Shown here piece by piece: positions 28,983-38,951 of a stretch of DNA of 64,000 nucleotides. Both the position numbers and the translations under genes were made by a program. A model generated the notes under the pieces. The model ran no database searches, was not told the DNA's origin, and saw only the letters and a program-made list of their open reading frames with translations. Each line of letters begins with the position of its first letter. The stretch's first letter is position 1. The stretch comes from an uncultured Alphaproteobacteria bacterium (lineage in GTDB: Bacteria > Pseudomonadota > Alphaproteobacteria > Acetobacterales > Acetobacteraceae): the NCBI GenBank assembly GCA_963719345.1, contig CAVRCA010000009.1:46029-110028 (forward strand), in the 5' to 3' direction.

Positions 28983-29744
28983 ATGGAGCTGAACGGACAG
29001 GCCGCCATCGTAACCGGCGGCGCCTCGGGCCTGGGGGCGGCGACGGCGACGGCGCTGGCCGGGGCCGGATGCAAGGTGACGGTCGTCGACCTCAACGAGG
29101 CGGCTGCGACGGGCGTCGCCGAGCGGATCGGCGGACTGGCGGCGGCATGCGACGTGGCCGACGCGGCCTCGGCCGAGGCCGCCTTCGCCCGCTCCCGCGC
29201 GGCGCATGGAGCGGCCCGCGTGCTGGTCAACTGCGCCGGCATCGGCGTCGCCGGCCGGATCGTCGGCCGGGAAGGACCGATGAAGCTTGCCGACTTCGAG
29301 CGGGTGATCCGCATTAACCTGACCGGCACCTTCAACATGCTGCGGCTCGCGGCGGCGGAGATGAGCGCGCTTGAGCCGGGCGCGGACGGCGAGCGCGGGC
29401 TGATCGTCAACACCGCGTCGATTGCCGGATACGAGGGACAGGTCGGGCAGGCGGCCTATGCCGCCTCGAAGGCCGGCGTGATCGGCCTGACGATCCAGGC
29501 GGCTCGCGAGCTGGCGCGATCCGGCGTGCGCGTGATGACGATTGCGCCGGGGTTGATCGAAACCCCGATGTTCGGCGGACTGCCGGACGAAGTCCGGCAA
29601 GGGCTTGCCGCGTCGGTGCCGTTTCCGGCGCGGCTCGGCATGCCGGAGGAATACGCCGCCCTGGTGCTGCACATCGCGGCAAACCGGTTCCTCAACGGCG
29701 AGACGATCCGGCTCGACGGCGCGCTCCGGATGGCACCGCGGTAG
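28983..29744 (+). CDS. SDR family 3-hydroxyacyl-CoA dehydrogenase-like oxidoreductase
   Basis: Motifs: AAIVTGGASGLGAA, LVNCAGIG, YAASKAGVIGLT, and a C-terminal IRLDGALRMAPR. Confidence 0.85.
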   Translation: MELNGQAAIVTGGASGLGAATATALAGAGCKVTVVDLNEAAATGVAERIGGLAAACDVADAASAEAAFARSRAAHGAARVLVNCAGIGVAGRIVGREGPMKLADFERVIRINLTGTFNMLRLAAAEMSALEPGADGERGLIVNTASIAGYEGQVGQAAYAASKAGVIGLTIQAARELARSGVRVMTIAPGLIETPMFGGLPDEVRQGLAASVPFPARLGMPEEYAALVLHIAANRFLNGETIRLDGALRMAPR

Positions 29745-29747
29745 TCG

Positions 29748-29779
29748 CCCGACCCTCTCCGCGGGTGGAGAGGGTCGGG
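29748..29779. terminator. Perfect 13-bp-stem hairpin between convergent genes (REP-like, candidate terminator)
   Basis: cccgaccctctcc-gcgggt-ggagagggtcggg. It starts 4 nt after the SDR stop and ends 10 nt before the stop of the repeat-protein gene. Confidence 0.55.
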
Positions 29780-29788
29780 GTTAAGCAC

Positions 29789-30163
29789 TCAGACGGCCCG
29801 ACCGTTGTCGACGCCGGTCTGCTCGCTGGCGACGCGGTAGGTGGTGTCGACCCCATTCTGCTCGCTGGCCGTGCGGTAGCTGGTGCCGACGCCGTTCTGC
29901 TCACTGGCCGTGCGGTAGCTGGTGCCGACGCCGTTCTGCTCGCTGGCGATGCGGTAAGCGGTGCCGACGCCGTTCTGCTCACTGGCGGTGCGGTAGCTGG
30001 TGCCGACGCCGTTCTGCTCGCTGGCGATGCGGTAACCGGTCTCGACGCCGGTCGCTTCGCTCGCCGTGCGGACCGCGCGGCTCTGCGTGTCCGTTACGGC
30101 TCCCTGGAACCTGCCATCCCAGCAGTCCGACCAGAGCGACGGTGGCCAACATGGCTGTGCGCA
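29789..30163 (-). pseudogene. Small secreted protein built of 13-aa tandem repeats; signal peptide and repeats lie in different frames
   Basis: A strong aaggagg RBS sits 6 nt before ATG 30163, which encodes MRTAMLATVALVGLLG. The only long open frame over the repeats (tracked ORF 29789..30214) gives YRIASEQNGVGTS-type units and is offset by one nt. The shift lies somewhere between about 30090 and 30163. Confidence 0.6.
29811..30083. repeat. 39-bp tandem repeat, 7 units
   Basis: Units start at 29811, 29850, 29889, 29928, 29967, 30006 and 30045. Consensus: acgccgttctgctcgctggccgtgcggtagctggtgccg. The outer units are more diverged. Confidence 0.9.
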
Positions 30164-30296
30164 TTTGATGCCTCCTTGGTGCTTGGTTGCTGGATGACCC
30201 TTCATCCAATGCACCGGTTATGGAGGCTTCCCGCTCCGCCAGTCGGTGACGCACGTCACACAGTTGCGGATTCTCGAATTTTCTTGGCGATCGTCC

Positions 30297-32459
30297 TTAT
30301 GCGCCCTTCGCCTCCCGCCGGCGGCTGTGCAGGATGAACTCCGTGTAGCCGTTCGGCTGCTCGCGGCCCTTGAAGATCAAGTCGCAGGCGGCGGCGAAGG
30401 CGGGGCCCTCAAACGTCGGCGCCATCGGCCGGTAGGCGGGATCGCCGGCGTTCTGGCGGTCGACCACCTCGGCCATGCGCCTGAGCGTGGCCATGACCTG
30501 ATCCTGGCTGACCACTCCCTGGTGCAGCCAGTTGGCGATGTGCTGGCTCGAGATGCGCAGGGTGGCGCGATCCTCCATCAGCCCGACATCGTGGATATCG
30601 GGCACTTTCGAGCAGCCGACGCCCTGGTCGATCCAGCGCACCACGTAGCCGAGAATGCCCTGGCAGTTGTTGTCGAGTTCCTGCGCGATGTCGTCCGGCG
30701 ACCAGTTCGGCCGGTCAGCGACCGGGATGGTCAGCAGGTCGGACAGCGGCGCGCGCGGACGCTTCGCCAGCTCGCTCTGGCGCGCCGCCACGTCGACCTC
30801 GTGGTAGTGCAGCGCGTGCAACGTCGCGGCCGTCGGCGAGGGGACCCAGGCGGTGTTGGCGCCGGCCTTCGGGTGGCCGATCTTCTGCGCCAGCATGTCC
30901 GCCATCCGATCCGGCGCCGCCCACATCCCCTTGCCGATCTGGGCCCGGCCGCGCAGGCCGCAGGAGAGGCCGATGTCGACGTTCTGGTCCTCGTACGCCT
31001 TGATCCACGGCGTGTTCCGCATGTCGTTCTTGCGGATCATCGGCCCGGCTTCCATCGAGGTGTGGATCTCGTCGCCGGTGCGGTCGAGGAAACCGGTGTT
31101 GATGAACACCACCCGGTCCTTCACCGCGAAGATGCATGCCTTTAGGTTGGCCGAGGTGCGGCGCTCCTCGTCCATGATGCCCATCTTGAGCGTGTTGCGT
31201 GCCAGCCCGAGCAGATCTTCCACCCGGTCGAAGATCTCGCCCGCGAAAGCGACCTCCTCCGGCCCATGCATCTTCGGTTTGACGATGTAGACGGAGCCCG
31301 TGCGGCTGTTGTGGATCGGTCCGCCGCCGCGAATGTCGTGCAGGGCGATCAGGCTGGTGATCGCGCAGTCGAGCATGCCTTCGGGGATTTCCGCACCGTC
31401 CCGGTCGAGCACCGTGTCGGTAAACATGTGGTGGCCGACATTGCGCACCAGCATCAGGCTGCGGCCCGGCAGGGTGAGGCTGCCGCCCGACGGCGTGGTG
31501 TAGCGCCGGTCGGTGTGCAGCCGCCGCGTCATCGGCCGGCCGCCCTTCTCGAAGGTGTCCTGGAGAGTGCCCTTCATCAGGCCGAGCCAGTTGCGATAGG
31601 CGAGCACCTTGTCCTCGGCGTCCACCGTGGCGACGGAGTCCTCGCAATCCTGGATCGTCGTGACCGCGGCCTCCATGACGATGTCGGCGAGACCCGCCGG
31701 GTCGTCGCGGCCGATCGGATTGGTCCGGTCGATGCGCAACTCGAGGTGCAGGCCGTTGTGCTTGAGCAGGATCGCCGAAAGGGCGGTCACGTCGCCGACA
31801 TAGCCGACGAACTGCGCTGGGTCGGCAAGCCCGGTCGTCCTGCCGTCCGTGAGAGCGACGGTGAGCGCGCCGCCGGCAAGCGCATATCTGGTCGCTTCGG
31901 CGTGGCTGCCGGACGCGAGCGGCACCGCCTGGTCGAGCACCGCCCGGGCGCGGGCGATGACCCGCTCGCCCCGCATCTTGTTGTAGCCGCCCGCGCGCGT
32001 GGCGCCACCGTCCTCGGGGATCACGTCGGTGCCGTAGAGCGCGTCGTAGAGGCTGCCCCACCTTGCGTTGGCGGCGTTCAGGGCATAGCGCGCGTTGGTC
32101 ACCGGCACGACGAGCTGTGGCCCGGCGATGCTGGCGATCTCCGGATCGACGCCGGTCGTGGTCACGGCAAAGTCGGCCGGCTCGGGGCGCAGATAGCCGA
32201 TGCCGCGCAGGAATTCCTCGTAGGTGGACTGGTCGAACGGCTTGCCGCGGTTGTCCCGGTGCCACTCGTCGAGCTTGGCCTGCAACGCATCGCGCTCAGC
32301 GAGCAGGGCCTTGTTGCGCGGGGCGAGGTCGTGGACGAGAGCGGAAAAGCCCGCCCAGAACGCGTTGGGCGCGACGCCGGTGCCCGCGATCGCCTCGTTG
32401 ACGACGAACTCGTGCAGGGTCTTGGCAATCCGCAGTCCGCCGGCTTCGATTGCATCCAT
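30297..32459 (-). CDS. glcB: Malate synthase G
   Basis: 720 aa. The N-terminus [21 protein letters not shown] and length are typical of GlcB, with conserved stretches such as [16 protein letters not shown] and [20 protein letters not shown]. Confidence 0.9.
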   Translation of the reverse strand: MDAIEAGGLRIAKTLHEFVVNEAIAGTGVAPNAFWAGFSALVHDLAPRNKALLAERDALQAKLDEWHRDNRGKPFDQSTYEEFLRGIGYLRPEPADFAVTTTGVDPEIASIAGPQLVVPVTNARYALNAANARWGSLYDALYGTDVIPEDGGATRAGGYNKMRGERVIARARAVLDQAVPLASGSHAEATRYALAGGALTVALTDGRTTGLADPAQFVGYVGDVTALSAILLKHNGLHLELRIDRTNPIGRDDPAGLADIVMEAAVTTIQDCEDSVATVDAEDKVLAYRNWLGLMKGTLQDTFEKGGRPMTRRLHTDRRYTTPSGGSLTLPGRSLMLVRNVGHHMFTDTVLDRDGAEIPEGMLDCAITSLIALHDIRGGGPIHNSRTGSVYIVKPKMHGPEEVAFAGEIFDRVEDLLGLARNTLKMGIMDEERRTSANLKACIFAVKDRVVFINTGFLDRTGDEIHTSMEAGPMIRKNDMRNTPWIKAYEDQNVDIGLSCGLRGRAQIGKGMWAAPDRMADMLAQKIGHPKAGANTAWVPSPTAATLHALHYHEVDVAARQSELAKRPRAPLSDLLTIPVADRPNWSPDDIAQELDNNCQGILGYVVRWIDQGVGCSKVPDIHDVGLMEDRATLRISSQHIANWLHQGVVSQDQVMATLRRMAEVVDRQNAGDPAYRPMAPTFEGPAFAAACDLIFKGREQPNGYTEFILHSRRREAKGA

Positions 32460-32613
32460 GACGCGCGCTCCTCCAGTCTGGCGTGCCTGTCTGCCTCAAT
32501 CGGGTTCCATTGGCGAGAGGCGTCCCAAGCCGGAAAGAGCAGGAGCGTGTGTTGACCGCGTTGTCGCCCGTGCGGTTGCATTCTAAAGTTGCTTCAACAA
32601 TCGGGAGGATAGG

Positions 32614-33810
32614 ATGGCGGACCGCTTCGGCACGACGCGACGTGGGCTGCTGGGAGGAGTGCTCGGCGGGGCGTCCGCTTTGGCTCTTGGGGGCACGGGA
32701 CGGGCTCAATCCCTGCCGCTTCCTGCCGCTCCCGTCGCCTTGAACGTCATCGACGTGGGCGGCCAGCTGCAACTGGTCCGCGACGCGATCGAGGCGTATC
32801 GCACCTCCCACGCGAAGCTCGTGTCCGGCATCACCTACAGCCAGGCACCGGCGCCGGAGCTGCCTGGCAAGCTGAAGGCGCAGCAATCGGCGGGACGGGT
32901 CGATATCGACCTCGTGCTGACCGGCACCGACGGGCTTTCGGCCGGGATTGAGCAGAACCTTTGGGAGCCCCTTGTCACGGCGCACGCGGCGAGCTTGCCG
33001 AAACTGGAGGACATCTATCAGCCGGCTGCCTGGGCGATGCAGGGCCTCGCGCAGGGGCAGGCGGTCTGCACGGTGTTCTGCCCCGCCGGTCCGCTGCTGG
33101 AATATATGCCGGATCGCGTGAAGAAACCGCCCACCAGCGTCGAGGAACTGCTCGAGTGGACGCGCGCCAATCCGCAGCGATTCTTCTACGCCCGCCCCGC
33201 CAACTCCGGCCCCGGCCGGACCTGGCTCCAGGGCCTGCCCTACCTGCTGGGCGACAAGGACCCCAAAGACCCGAAGGACGGCTGGGGCAAGACCTGGAGC
33301 TATCTCGCCGAGCTTGGCAAGAACATCGAGTACTACCCGACCGGAACGACGGACACGATGAAGGAGCTGGCCGAGGGCTCGCGCGACATGATCACGACGA
33401 TGACCGGCTGGGACATCAATCCGCGCTCGCTCGGCATCGTGCCGAAGGAGGCGGAGGTGGGCACGTTGAAGGGGTTCCACTGGGTGACGGACGCCCAGTA
33501 TTTCGCCGTCCCTCGGGGCGTCGCGCCGGACAAGCTCGCGGTGGTGCTCGACCTGACGAGCTTCATGCTGACCAAGCCGGCGCAGGCGACCACGTACGAC
33601 CGCGGCTTCTTCTACCCGGGGCCGGCGGCGAAGGACGTGCCGCTCTCGGCCGCGCCGCCGGAGAGCCAGGCCATCATCAAGGAGTTCGGGCGGCCGGTCT
33701 ATGACAAGCTGATCGCCGAGGTGCCGATGGAAACGCCGCTGCCGGCGGACAAGCTCGTCTATGCGTTCACGCGCTGGGACCAGGAGATCGGCGCGAAAGT
33801 CGGCCGGTGA
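32614..33810 (+). CDS. ABC transporter periplasmic substrate-binding protein (Tat-type signal)
   Basis: TTRRGLLGGVLGGASALALGGTGRAQS signal. About 400 aa of extracellular solute-binding-like sequence, first gene of the ABC operon. Confidence 0.7.
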   Translation: MADRFGTTRRGLLGGVLGGASALALGGTGRAQSLPLPAAPVALNVIDVGGQLQLVRDAIEAYRTSHAKLVSGITYSQAPAPELPGKLKAQQSAGRVDIDLVLTGTDGLSAGIEQNLWEPLVTAHAASLPKLEDIYQPAAWAMQGLAQGQAVCTVFCPAGPLLEYMPDRVKKPPTSVEELLEWTRANPQRFFYARPANSGPGRTWLQGLPYLLGDKDPKDPKDGWGKTWSYLAELGKNIEYYPTGTTDTMKELAEGSRDMITTMTGWDINPRSLGIVPKEAEVGTLKGFHWVTDAQYFAVPRGVAPDKLAVVLDLTSFMLTKPAQATTYDRGFFYPGPAAKDVPLSAAPPESQAIIKEFGRPVYDKLIAEVPMETPLPADKLVYAFTRWDQEIGAKVGR

Positions 33811-34868
33811 TGGCGATCGCGGCGCCCGGGTTCCGTGAATTGCGGCTCGAACGCATGAGCCGCGATTTCGGCCTGCTCAATGCGCTGCGGGACGTGAACC
33901 TGACGGTGCGGCGCGGCGAGTTCATCGCCCTGCTCGGACCGTCCGGCTGCGGCAAGTCGACCGCGCTGAACTGCTTGGCCGGCCTGCTGCCCCTCACCGC
34001 TGGCGCGATCTGGCTGGACGACCGGCGGATCGACCCGCTGGCCCCGGAGCAGCGCGGCTTCGGCATGGTGTTCCAGAACTACGCGCTGTTTCCGCACATG
34101 ACGGTGCGCGGCAATATCGGCTTCGGCCTGCAGATGCAGCGCCGGCCCAGAGAGGAAATCGCCCGACGTGTCGAGGAGGCTCTGCAACTGGTCCGCCTGG
34201 GCGAGCAGGCCGACAAGCTGCCCGGCCAGATCTCCGGCGGCCAGCAGCAGCGGGTGGCGATCGCGCGCGCCATCGTCGTCGAGCCGCCGCTCGTGCTGAT
34301 GGACGAGCCGCTGTCCAATCTCGACGCCAAGCTGCGGCTGGAGATGCGCGCCGAGATCCGTCGCATCCACGCCCTGCTCGGCTGCTCGACGATCTACGTC
34401 ACGCACGACCAGGACGAGGCGTTGTCGCTCGCCGACCGCATCGTCGTGCTGCGCGCCGGCGAGGTGCGCCAGATCGGCACGCCGGAGGAGCTGTATGCGC
34501 GTCCCGCGCACGCCGACGTCGCCGAGTTCATGGGGTTCCGCAATCTGCTGGCGACGGAGGCGAGCCAGGCGCCCGGGGGCCTCGCGGCGATCGCGGTCGG
34601 CGGGGCAGGGATGCTCGGAACCCCCGTCGAGATGCTGCGGACCGGCGCTGCCCGCGCGGCGATCCGGCCGGAGGACCTGACCCCGAGCGATGACGGCCCG
34701 ATCGCCGCGACGGTCGAGACGATCGAGTATCGCGGTCGGGACTTCTACGGCCTCGCGCGCGCGGCCGACGGGACGGAGCTGTTCTTCCGCTCCGAACGGC
34801 GGCTCGCTGCCGGCGAGACGGTGCGGCTCGGCGCCGCGCCCGAGCGCGTCCTGGTCTATGCCGCATGA
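33807..34868 (+). CDS. ABC transporter ATP-binding protein (PotA/MalK-like)
   Basis: Walker A GPSGCGKST, signature ISGGQQQRVAIARA, Walker B LVLMDEP. The start overlaps the SBP stop. Confidence 0.9.
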   Translation: MMAIAAPGFRELRLERMSRDFGLLNALRDVNLTVRRGEFIALLGPSGCGKSTALNCLAGLLPLTAGAIWLDDRRIDPLAPEQRGFGMVFQNYALFPHMTVRGNIGFGLQMQRRPREEIARRVEEALQLVRLGEQADKLPGQISGGQQQRVAIARAIVVEPPLVLMDEPLSNLDAKLRLEMRAEIRRIHALLGCSTIYVTHDQDEALSLADRIVVLRAGEVRQIGTPEELYARPAHADVAEFMGFRNLLATEASQAPGGLAAIAVGGAGMLGTPVEMLRTGAARAAIRPEDLTPSDDGPIAATVETIEYRGRDFYGLARAADGTELFFRSERRLAAGETVRLGAAPERVLVYAA

Positions 34869-35747
34869 CGGACCGGGGCGGCCTGCGCCAGCGCCTCGCG
34901 CGACGCGGGCTCGACGGGGCGACATTGCTCGTGCTGCCGGCCGTGGTGTTCGTGCTGGCGCTGTTCGTCTATCCGTTTCTCTACGGACTCGTGCTGTCGT
35001 TCCGACCGAAGGAGGGCGGCGCATTCGCCAACTATGCGCGGTTTTTTGCCGATCCGTTCCTCTACGACACGATCGGCACGACCTTGCTGATCGCCGTGCC
35101 GGTGACGCTGCTCAACATCGTCATCTCCGTGCCGGTGGCGCTCCGCGTGCGGCTGATGCGCCGACCGCGTTTGCTTACGACGCATCCTGGTGGTTCCGAT
35201 CACCTTGGGAACGGTGCTGGTCGCCGAGGGATTGCTCAATTACCTGGGTCCGCGCGGCTGGCTGAACCGCGTGCTGCTTGAAAGCGGGCTGGTGGCGCAT
35301 CCGGTGCGCCTCGTCCACAACTATTGGGGCGTTTTTCTTTCACTCGTGATCACCGGCTTTCCGTTCACCTTTCTGCTCACCTTGTCCTACGTGACGGGCA
35401 TCGACCCGGCGCTCGAACAGGCCGCGGCGATGCTCGGGGCGCGGGCACGGGCGCGCTTCGCGCGCGTCCTGCTGCCGCTGCTGATACCAGGATTGGTGAT
35501 CACGCTCTGCCTGTCGTTCGTGCAGGCGTTCTCGGTGTTTCCGTCCGCGGTGCTGCTCGGTGCGCCCGCCGGGCCGACGCGGGTGATCTCGATCGCGGCC
35601 TATCAGGCGGCGTTCGAGCAGTACGACTACTCGATGGCCTCGGCGATCGCGATGATCATGGCGCTGGTGCTGGTCATCATCGTGGGCCTGCTGCTCGGCC
35701 TGCAGGGAATGGCGTATCGCGGGCCGGCCGGGGGCGGGAAGGGGTGA
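34865..35747 (+). pseudogene. ABC transporter permease, one frameshift
   Basis: ORF 34865..35281 carries the N-terminal TM segments. ORF 35190..35747 carries the rest, including the EAA-like loop ALEQAAAMLGARARARF. The join is near acgacgcatcctgg (about 35182); removing one c gives TTILVVPITLG. Confidence 0.8.
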
Positions 35748-36640
35748 GCGATTTGGCGCAACCCTCGCCCCGACCCTCTGCCGGAGGCAGAGGGAGCAAG
35801 AAGCCCTCTCCTTTCGGGAGAGGGTTGGGTGAGAGCCTTTGGGCGTTCGCGGTTTGGGTGCTGGTCGGGTTCTTCGTGGTCAATCTGCTGGCCATGATCG
35901 CGGCAGTGCTGATGAATTCGTTCTCCACCCGCTGGTTCACGACCTGGCTGCCGGTCGGCTACACGCCGCATTGGTACGCGCTGGCCTGGGACGAGTTCCA
36001 GCTCCCGGATATCCTGCTCGTGACCATCGAGGTGGTTGGTGCCGTCGTTCTGCTGTCGGCGCTGCTCGGCGTCCCCGCCGCCTACGCGCTGGCACGGCGC
36101 GATTTCCCGGGCAAGCGGGCGATCATGCTGCTGTTCCTGCTGCCGCTGCTGGTGCCGCCGATCACCTACGGCATCCCGCTGGCGACGGTGCTGTACCAAA
36201 CCGGGTTCGCCGGCACGATCTGGGGCGTGATCATCGCCAACCTGGTACCCGCCGTGCCGTTCGTCGTGTTCATCATGATCCCGTTCATCGAACAGCTCGA
36301 TCCGCGGATCGAAGCGGCGGCGCGGGTGTTCGGCGCCGGGCTGCCGCGGATGTTCGTCCGCGTGCTGCTACCGCTGCTGCTGCCTGGAATGCTGGCGGCA
36401 CTGCTGCTGGTGCTGGTGCGCACGGTGGCGATGTTCGAGCTCACGTTCCTCACCGCCGGGTCGGGCAGCCAGACGCTGGTAGTGGCGCTCTATTATGCGG
36501 TGTTCGCCGCCGGCGTGCGCGCCGGGCAGTCGATCGACGCAATGGCAGTTGTGTACATGGTCACCACGCTGGTGTGGCTGCTGATCGCGCTCCGCTTCGT
36601 CAACCCGACGCAGATCGTCACGCGGGCACGACGGAGCTGA
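35744..36640 (+). CDS. ABC transporter permease (second membrane component)
   Basis: The frame of ORF 35324 carries TM segments from LWAFAVWVLVGFFVVNLL onward and an EAA-like loop DPRIEAAARVFGAG. GTG 35744 overlaps the upstream stop (GTGA). The start is uncertain because a palindromic element occupies the first roughly 90 nt. Confidence 0.7.
   Translation: MSDLAQPSPRPSAGGRGSKKPSPFGRGLGESLWAFAVWVLVGFFVVNLLAMIAAVLMNSFSTRWFTTWLPVGYTPHWYALAWDEFQLPDILLVTIEVVGAVVLLSALLGVPAAYALARRDFPGKRAIMLLFLLPLLVPPITYGIPLATVLYQTGFAGTIWGVIIANLVPAVPFVVFIMIPFIEQLDPRIEAAARVFGAGLPRMFVRVLLPLLLPGMLAALLLVLVRTVAMFELTFLTAGSGSQTLVVALYYAVFAAGVRAGQSIDAMAVVYMVTTLVWLLIALRFVNPTQIVTRARRS
35774..35824. repeat. Two adjacent GC-rich hairpins (REP-like element) at the permease-permease junction
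   Basis: Hairpin 1: ccctctgcc-gga-ggcagaggg (35774-35794). Hairpin 2: ccctctcc-tttcg-ggagaggg (35804-35824). They share the core ccctctcc/ggagaggg with the hairpin at 29748-29779. Confidence 0.75.
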
Positions 36641-36658
36641 GCCGACATTCAAGGAAAG

Positions 36659-38048
36659 TCACGCGGCGGCGAACTTGCCCAGCAGCCGGACGTGCGAGCG
36701 GATGCCGTGGTGGAAGCAGCGCAGCTCGAATTTTTCGTTGGGGCTGTGGATCTGGTCGTCGTCGAGCCCAAACCCCATCAGCAGCGAGTTGATCCCGAGC
36801 TGGCGGCGCAGCGACTGAACCACCGGGATCGAGCCGCCGCTGCCGATCAGCACGGCCGGGCGTCCGTATTCCTCCGCCAAGGCCGCTTCCGCGGCGCGCA
36901 CCCAGGGCGAGTTGGTTGGCACCTCGATGCCCGGCGAGCCGCCCGACCCGGACCTCCACCCGTGCGCCTGGCGGCGTGCGCGCGTCGAGGAAGCGCCGCA
37001 CCCCGGTAATGATCGCCTGCGGCTCCTGGCCCGGCACCAATCGGAACGAGAGCTTGGCCGACGCCTCGGAGGCGATCACGGTTTTTGTTCCCGGCCCGGT
37101 GTAGCCGCCCCAGATGCCGTTGATGTCGGCGGTCGGCCGCGCCCACAGGCGTTCGAGCGCCGGCCGGCCCGTCTCGCCCGCCGGATGCGCCAGCCCGATG
37201 CCGCCGAGGAACGCCGCCTCGTCGAAGCCGAGCGCCTCCCATTGGCGCGCCTGCTCCGGCGCGAGCGGTTTTACGCCGTCGTAGAAGCCCGGGATCTGCA
37301 CGCGCCCGTCCGCATCGTGCAGCTCGCCGAGGATGCGGGTGAGCGCGTTGATCGGGTTGAGTGCCGAGCCGCCGAACAGGCCGGAGTGGAGGTCGCGGCT
37401 CGGCCCTTTCAGGGTGATTTCGGCGAAGACGAGGCCGCGCAGGCGCGTCGTGATCGCCGGGGTGTCGATGTCCCACATGCCGGTGTCGCTGATCAGCGCC
37501 AGATCGGCCGCCAGCGCGTCCCGGTTGGCCGCCAGGAACGGCTCGAGGTTGACGCTGCCGACCTCCTCCTCGCCCTCGATCAGCACGGTGAGGCGCGCTG
37601 GGATGCCGCCACCTGCCGCGTGCCAGGCGCGAAGCGCCTCGACGAACATCATCACCTGGCCTTTGTCGTCGACCGCGCCGCGCGCGACGATGCGCTTGCC
37701 GCGCGGCCCGTCAACCAGCTGTGGCTCGAAGGGCGGGCTGGTCCAGAGATCGAGCGGGTCGGCCGGCTGCACGTCGTAGTGGCCGTAGAACAGGATGTGC
37801 GGCCCCTGGTAACCGGGCGGTCCCGGATGGTGCGCCAGCACGACGGGGTGCCCCTCCGTCTCGCGCAGTCCCGCCTCGAATCCGAGCCCCGTCAGTTCAG
37901 CGCGGAGCCACTCGGCGGCGCGGCGGCAATCGGGCTTGTGCGCCGGTTGCGCGCTGATGCTGGGGATGCGGAGCAGCGCGAACAGGGTTTCGCGCGACCG
38001 ATCGAGTTCCGTATCGACATGCTGCAGGATGGGGTCGATGGCGTGCAT
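36659..38048 (-). pseudogene. M20 family metallopeptidase (dipeptidase/ArgE-DapE-like), one frameshift
   Basis: From ATG 38048 the sequence reads MHAIDPILQHVDTELDRSRETLFALLRIPSIS...FYGHYDVQPADP...GAVDDKGQ...LIEGEEEVGS. The C-terminal 87 aa (GSGGSIPVV...DDQIHSPNEKF) is in the frame of ORF 36659. The join is at about 36935. Confidence 0.85.
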
Positions 38049-38050
38049 GC

Positions 38051-38941
38051 CTACTCCGCTGCCACGGCCTGGGGCGCGGTTAGCCCGTGGCCTCGGATGG
38101 TGGTGCGGCGCAGGTCGCGCACCTCGCCGAGGTCGTCGTAACGCCGGCCGCGGTGCATGGTCTGGCGGTTGTCCCACATCACGAGGTCGTTCACCCGCCA
38201 CTTGTGGACATGGACGAACTCCGGCTGCGTCGCGTGCTCGGTGAGGTCGCGGATGAAGGCGCGCGCTTCCGGCATCGGCCAGCCGACGATGGCGCCGATA
38301 TGGGCCGAGAGGTACAGCGACTTGCGCCCGGTCACCGGATGGGTGCGGACCAGGCGGTGGCGCACCGGCGCCGTGCGGCTGGCGTAGTCGCCGAACTCGG
38401 TGAAGCCGAGTTCCGCCCGCGAGTAGGCGATCGAGTGCTCGGTGACGAGATCCTCGATCTCCGCCTTGGTCGCCGGGTCGAGCGCATCGTAGGCGGCCCG
38501 CATGTCGGCGAACTCGGTGTCGCCGCCGGCGGACGGCACCGCGCGGGCGGACAGCAGCGAGTAGGTGGCGCCGGTCGCCCGGAACGACGCATCCGAGTGC
38601 CACAGGCGGTTGCCGAGGGAGTAGAGCCGCTTGAGGTCGTCGCGGGCGCGTCGCCGGTTCTCCTTGTCGAGGTTGGAGACATCGGCGAGTTGCTGCGAAA
38701 GGCGATACTCGCCCGGTTTGGCCATCTCGCCCGCAACCGAACCTTCAAGCTCGCCGAAATTGAGCGTGAAGGCGACCTGCTGCTCGTCGGTGAGCGGCTG
38801 GTCGCGGAACACGAGCACGGCGTAGCGGTCCATCCCAGCCTCGACCGCCGCGACCCTCTCGGTGCTCAGCGTGCGGCTGAGGTCGATGCCCGACATTTCG
38901 CCGGCGAAATGCGGGTTGAGTGGGTGAAATGTGATGCTCAT
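38051..38941 (-). CDS. TauD/TfdA family Fe(II)/2-oxoglutarate-dependent dioxygenase
   Basis: MSITFHPLNPHFAGEMSGIDLS...WHSDASF...GGDTEFADM...LVMWDNRQTMHRG. An aggag Shine-Dalgarno precedes ATG 38941. The tracked 550-aa ORF is a read-through composite. Confidence 0.85.
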   Translation of the reverse strand: MSITFHPLNPHFAGEMSGIDLSRTLSTERVAAVEAGMDRYAVLVFRDQPLTDEQQVAFTLNFGELEGSVAGEMAKPGEYRLSQQLADVSNLDKENRRRARDDLKRLYSLGNRLWHSDASFRATGATYSLLSARAVPSAGGDTEFADMRAAYDALDPATKAEIEDLVTEHSIAYSRAELGFTEFGDYASRTAPVRHRLVRTHPVTGRKSLYLSAHIGAIVGWPMPEARAFIRDLTEHATQPEFVHVHKWRVNDLVMWDNRQTMHRGRRYDDLGEVRDLRRTTIRGHGLTAPQAVAAE

Positions 38942-38951
38942 GCGGGCTCCT

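Noticed and set aside
27225-29672. 815-aa minus-strand ORF as a single gene
   Set aside because: It is a composite. The upstream third is antisense to the SDR gene at 28983-29744, the middle is the genuine ggt N-terminal part starting at ATG 28904, and the last part is out-of-frame ggt sequence after the frameshift.
29811-30083. Possible CRISPR array (regular 39-bp repeats)
   Set aside because: The repeats are contiguous with no spacers. They lie inside an open reading frame that encodes a 13-aa peptide repeat, and there are no cas genes in the window.
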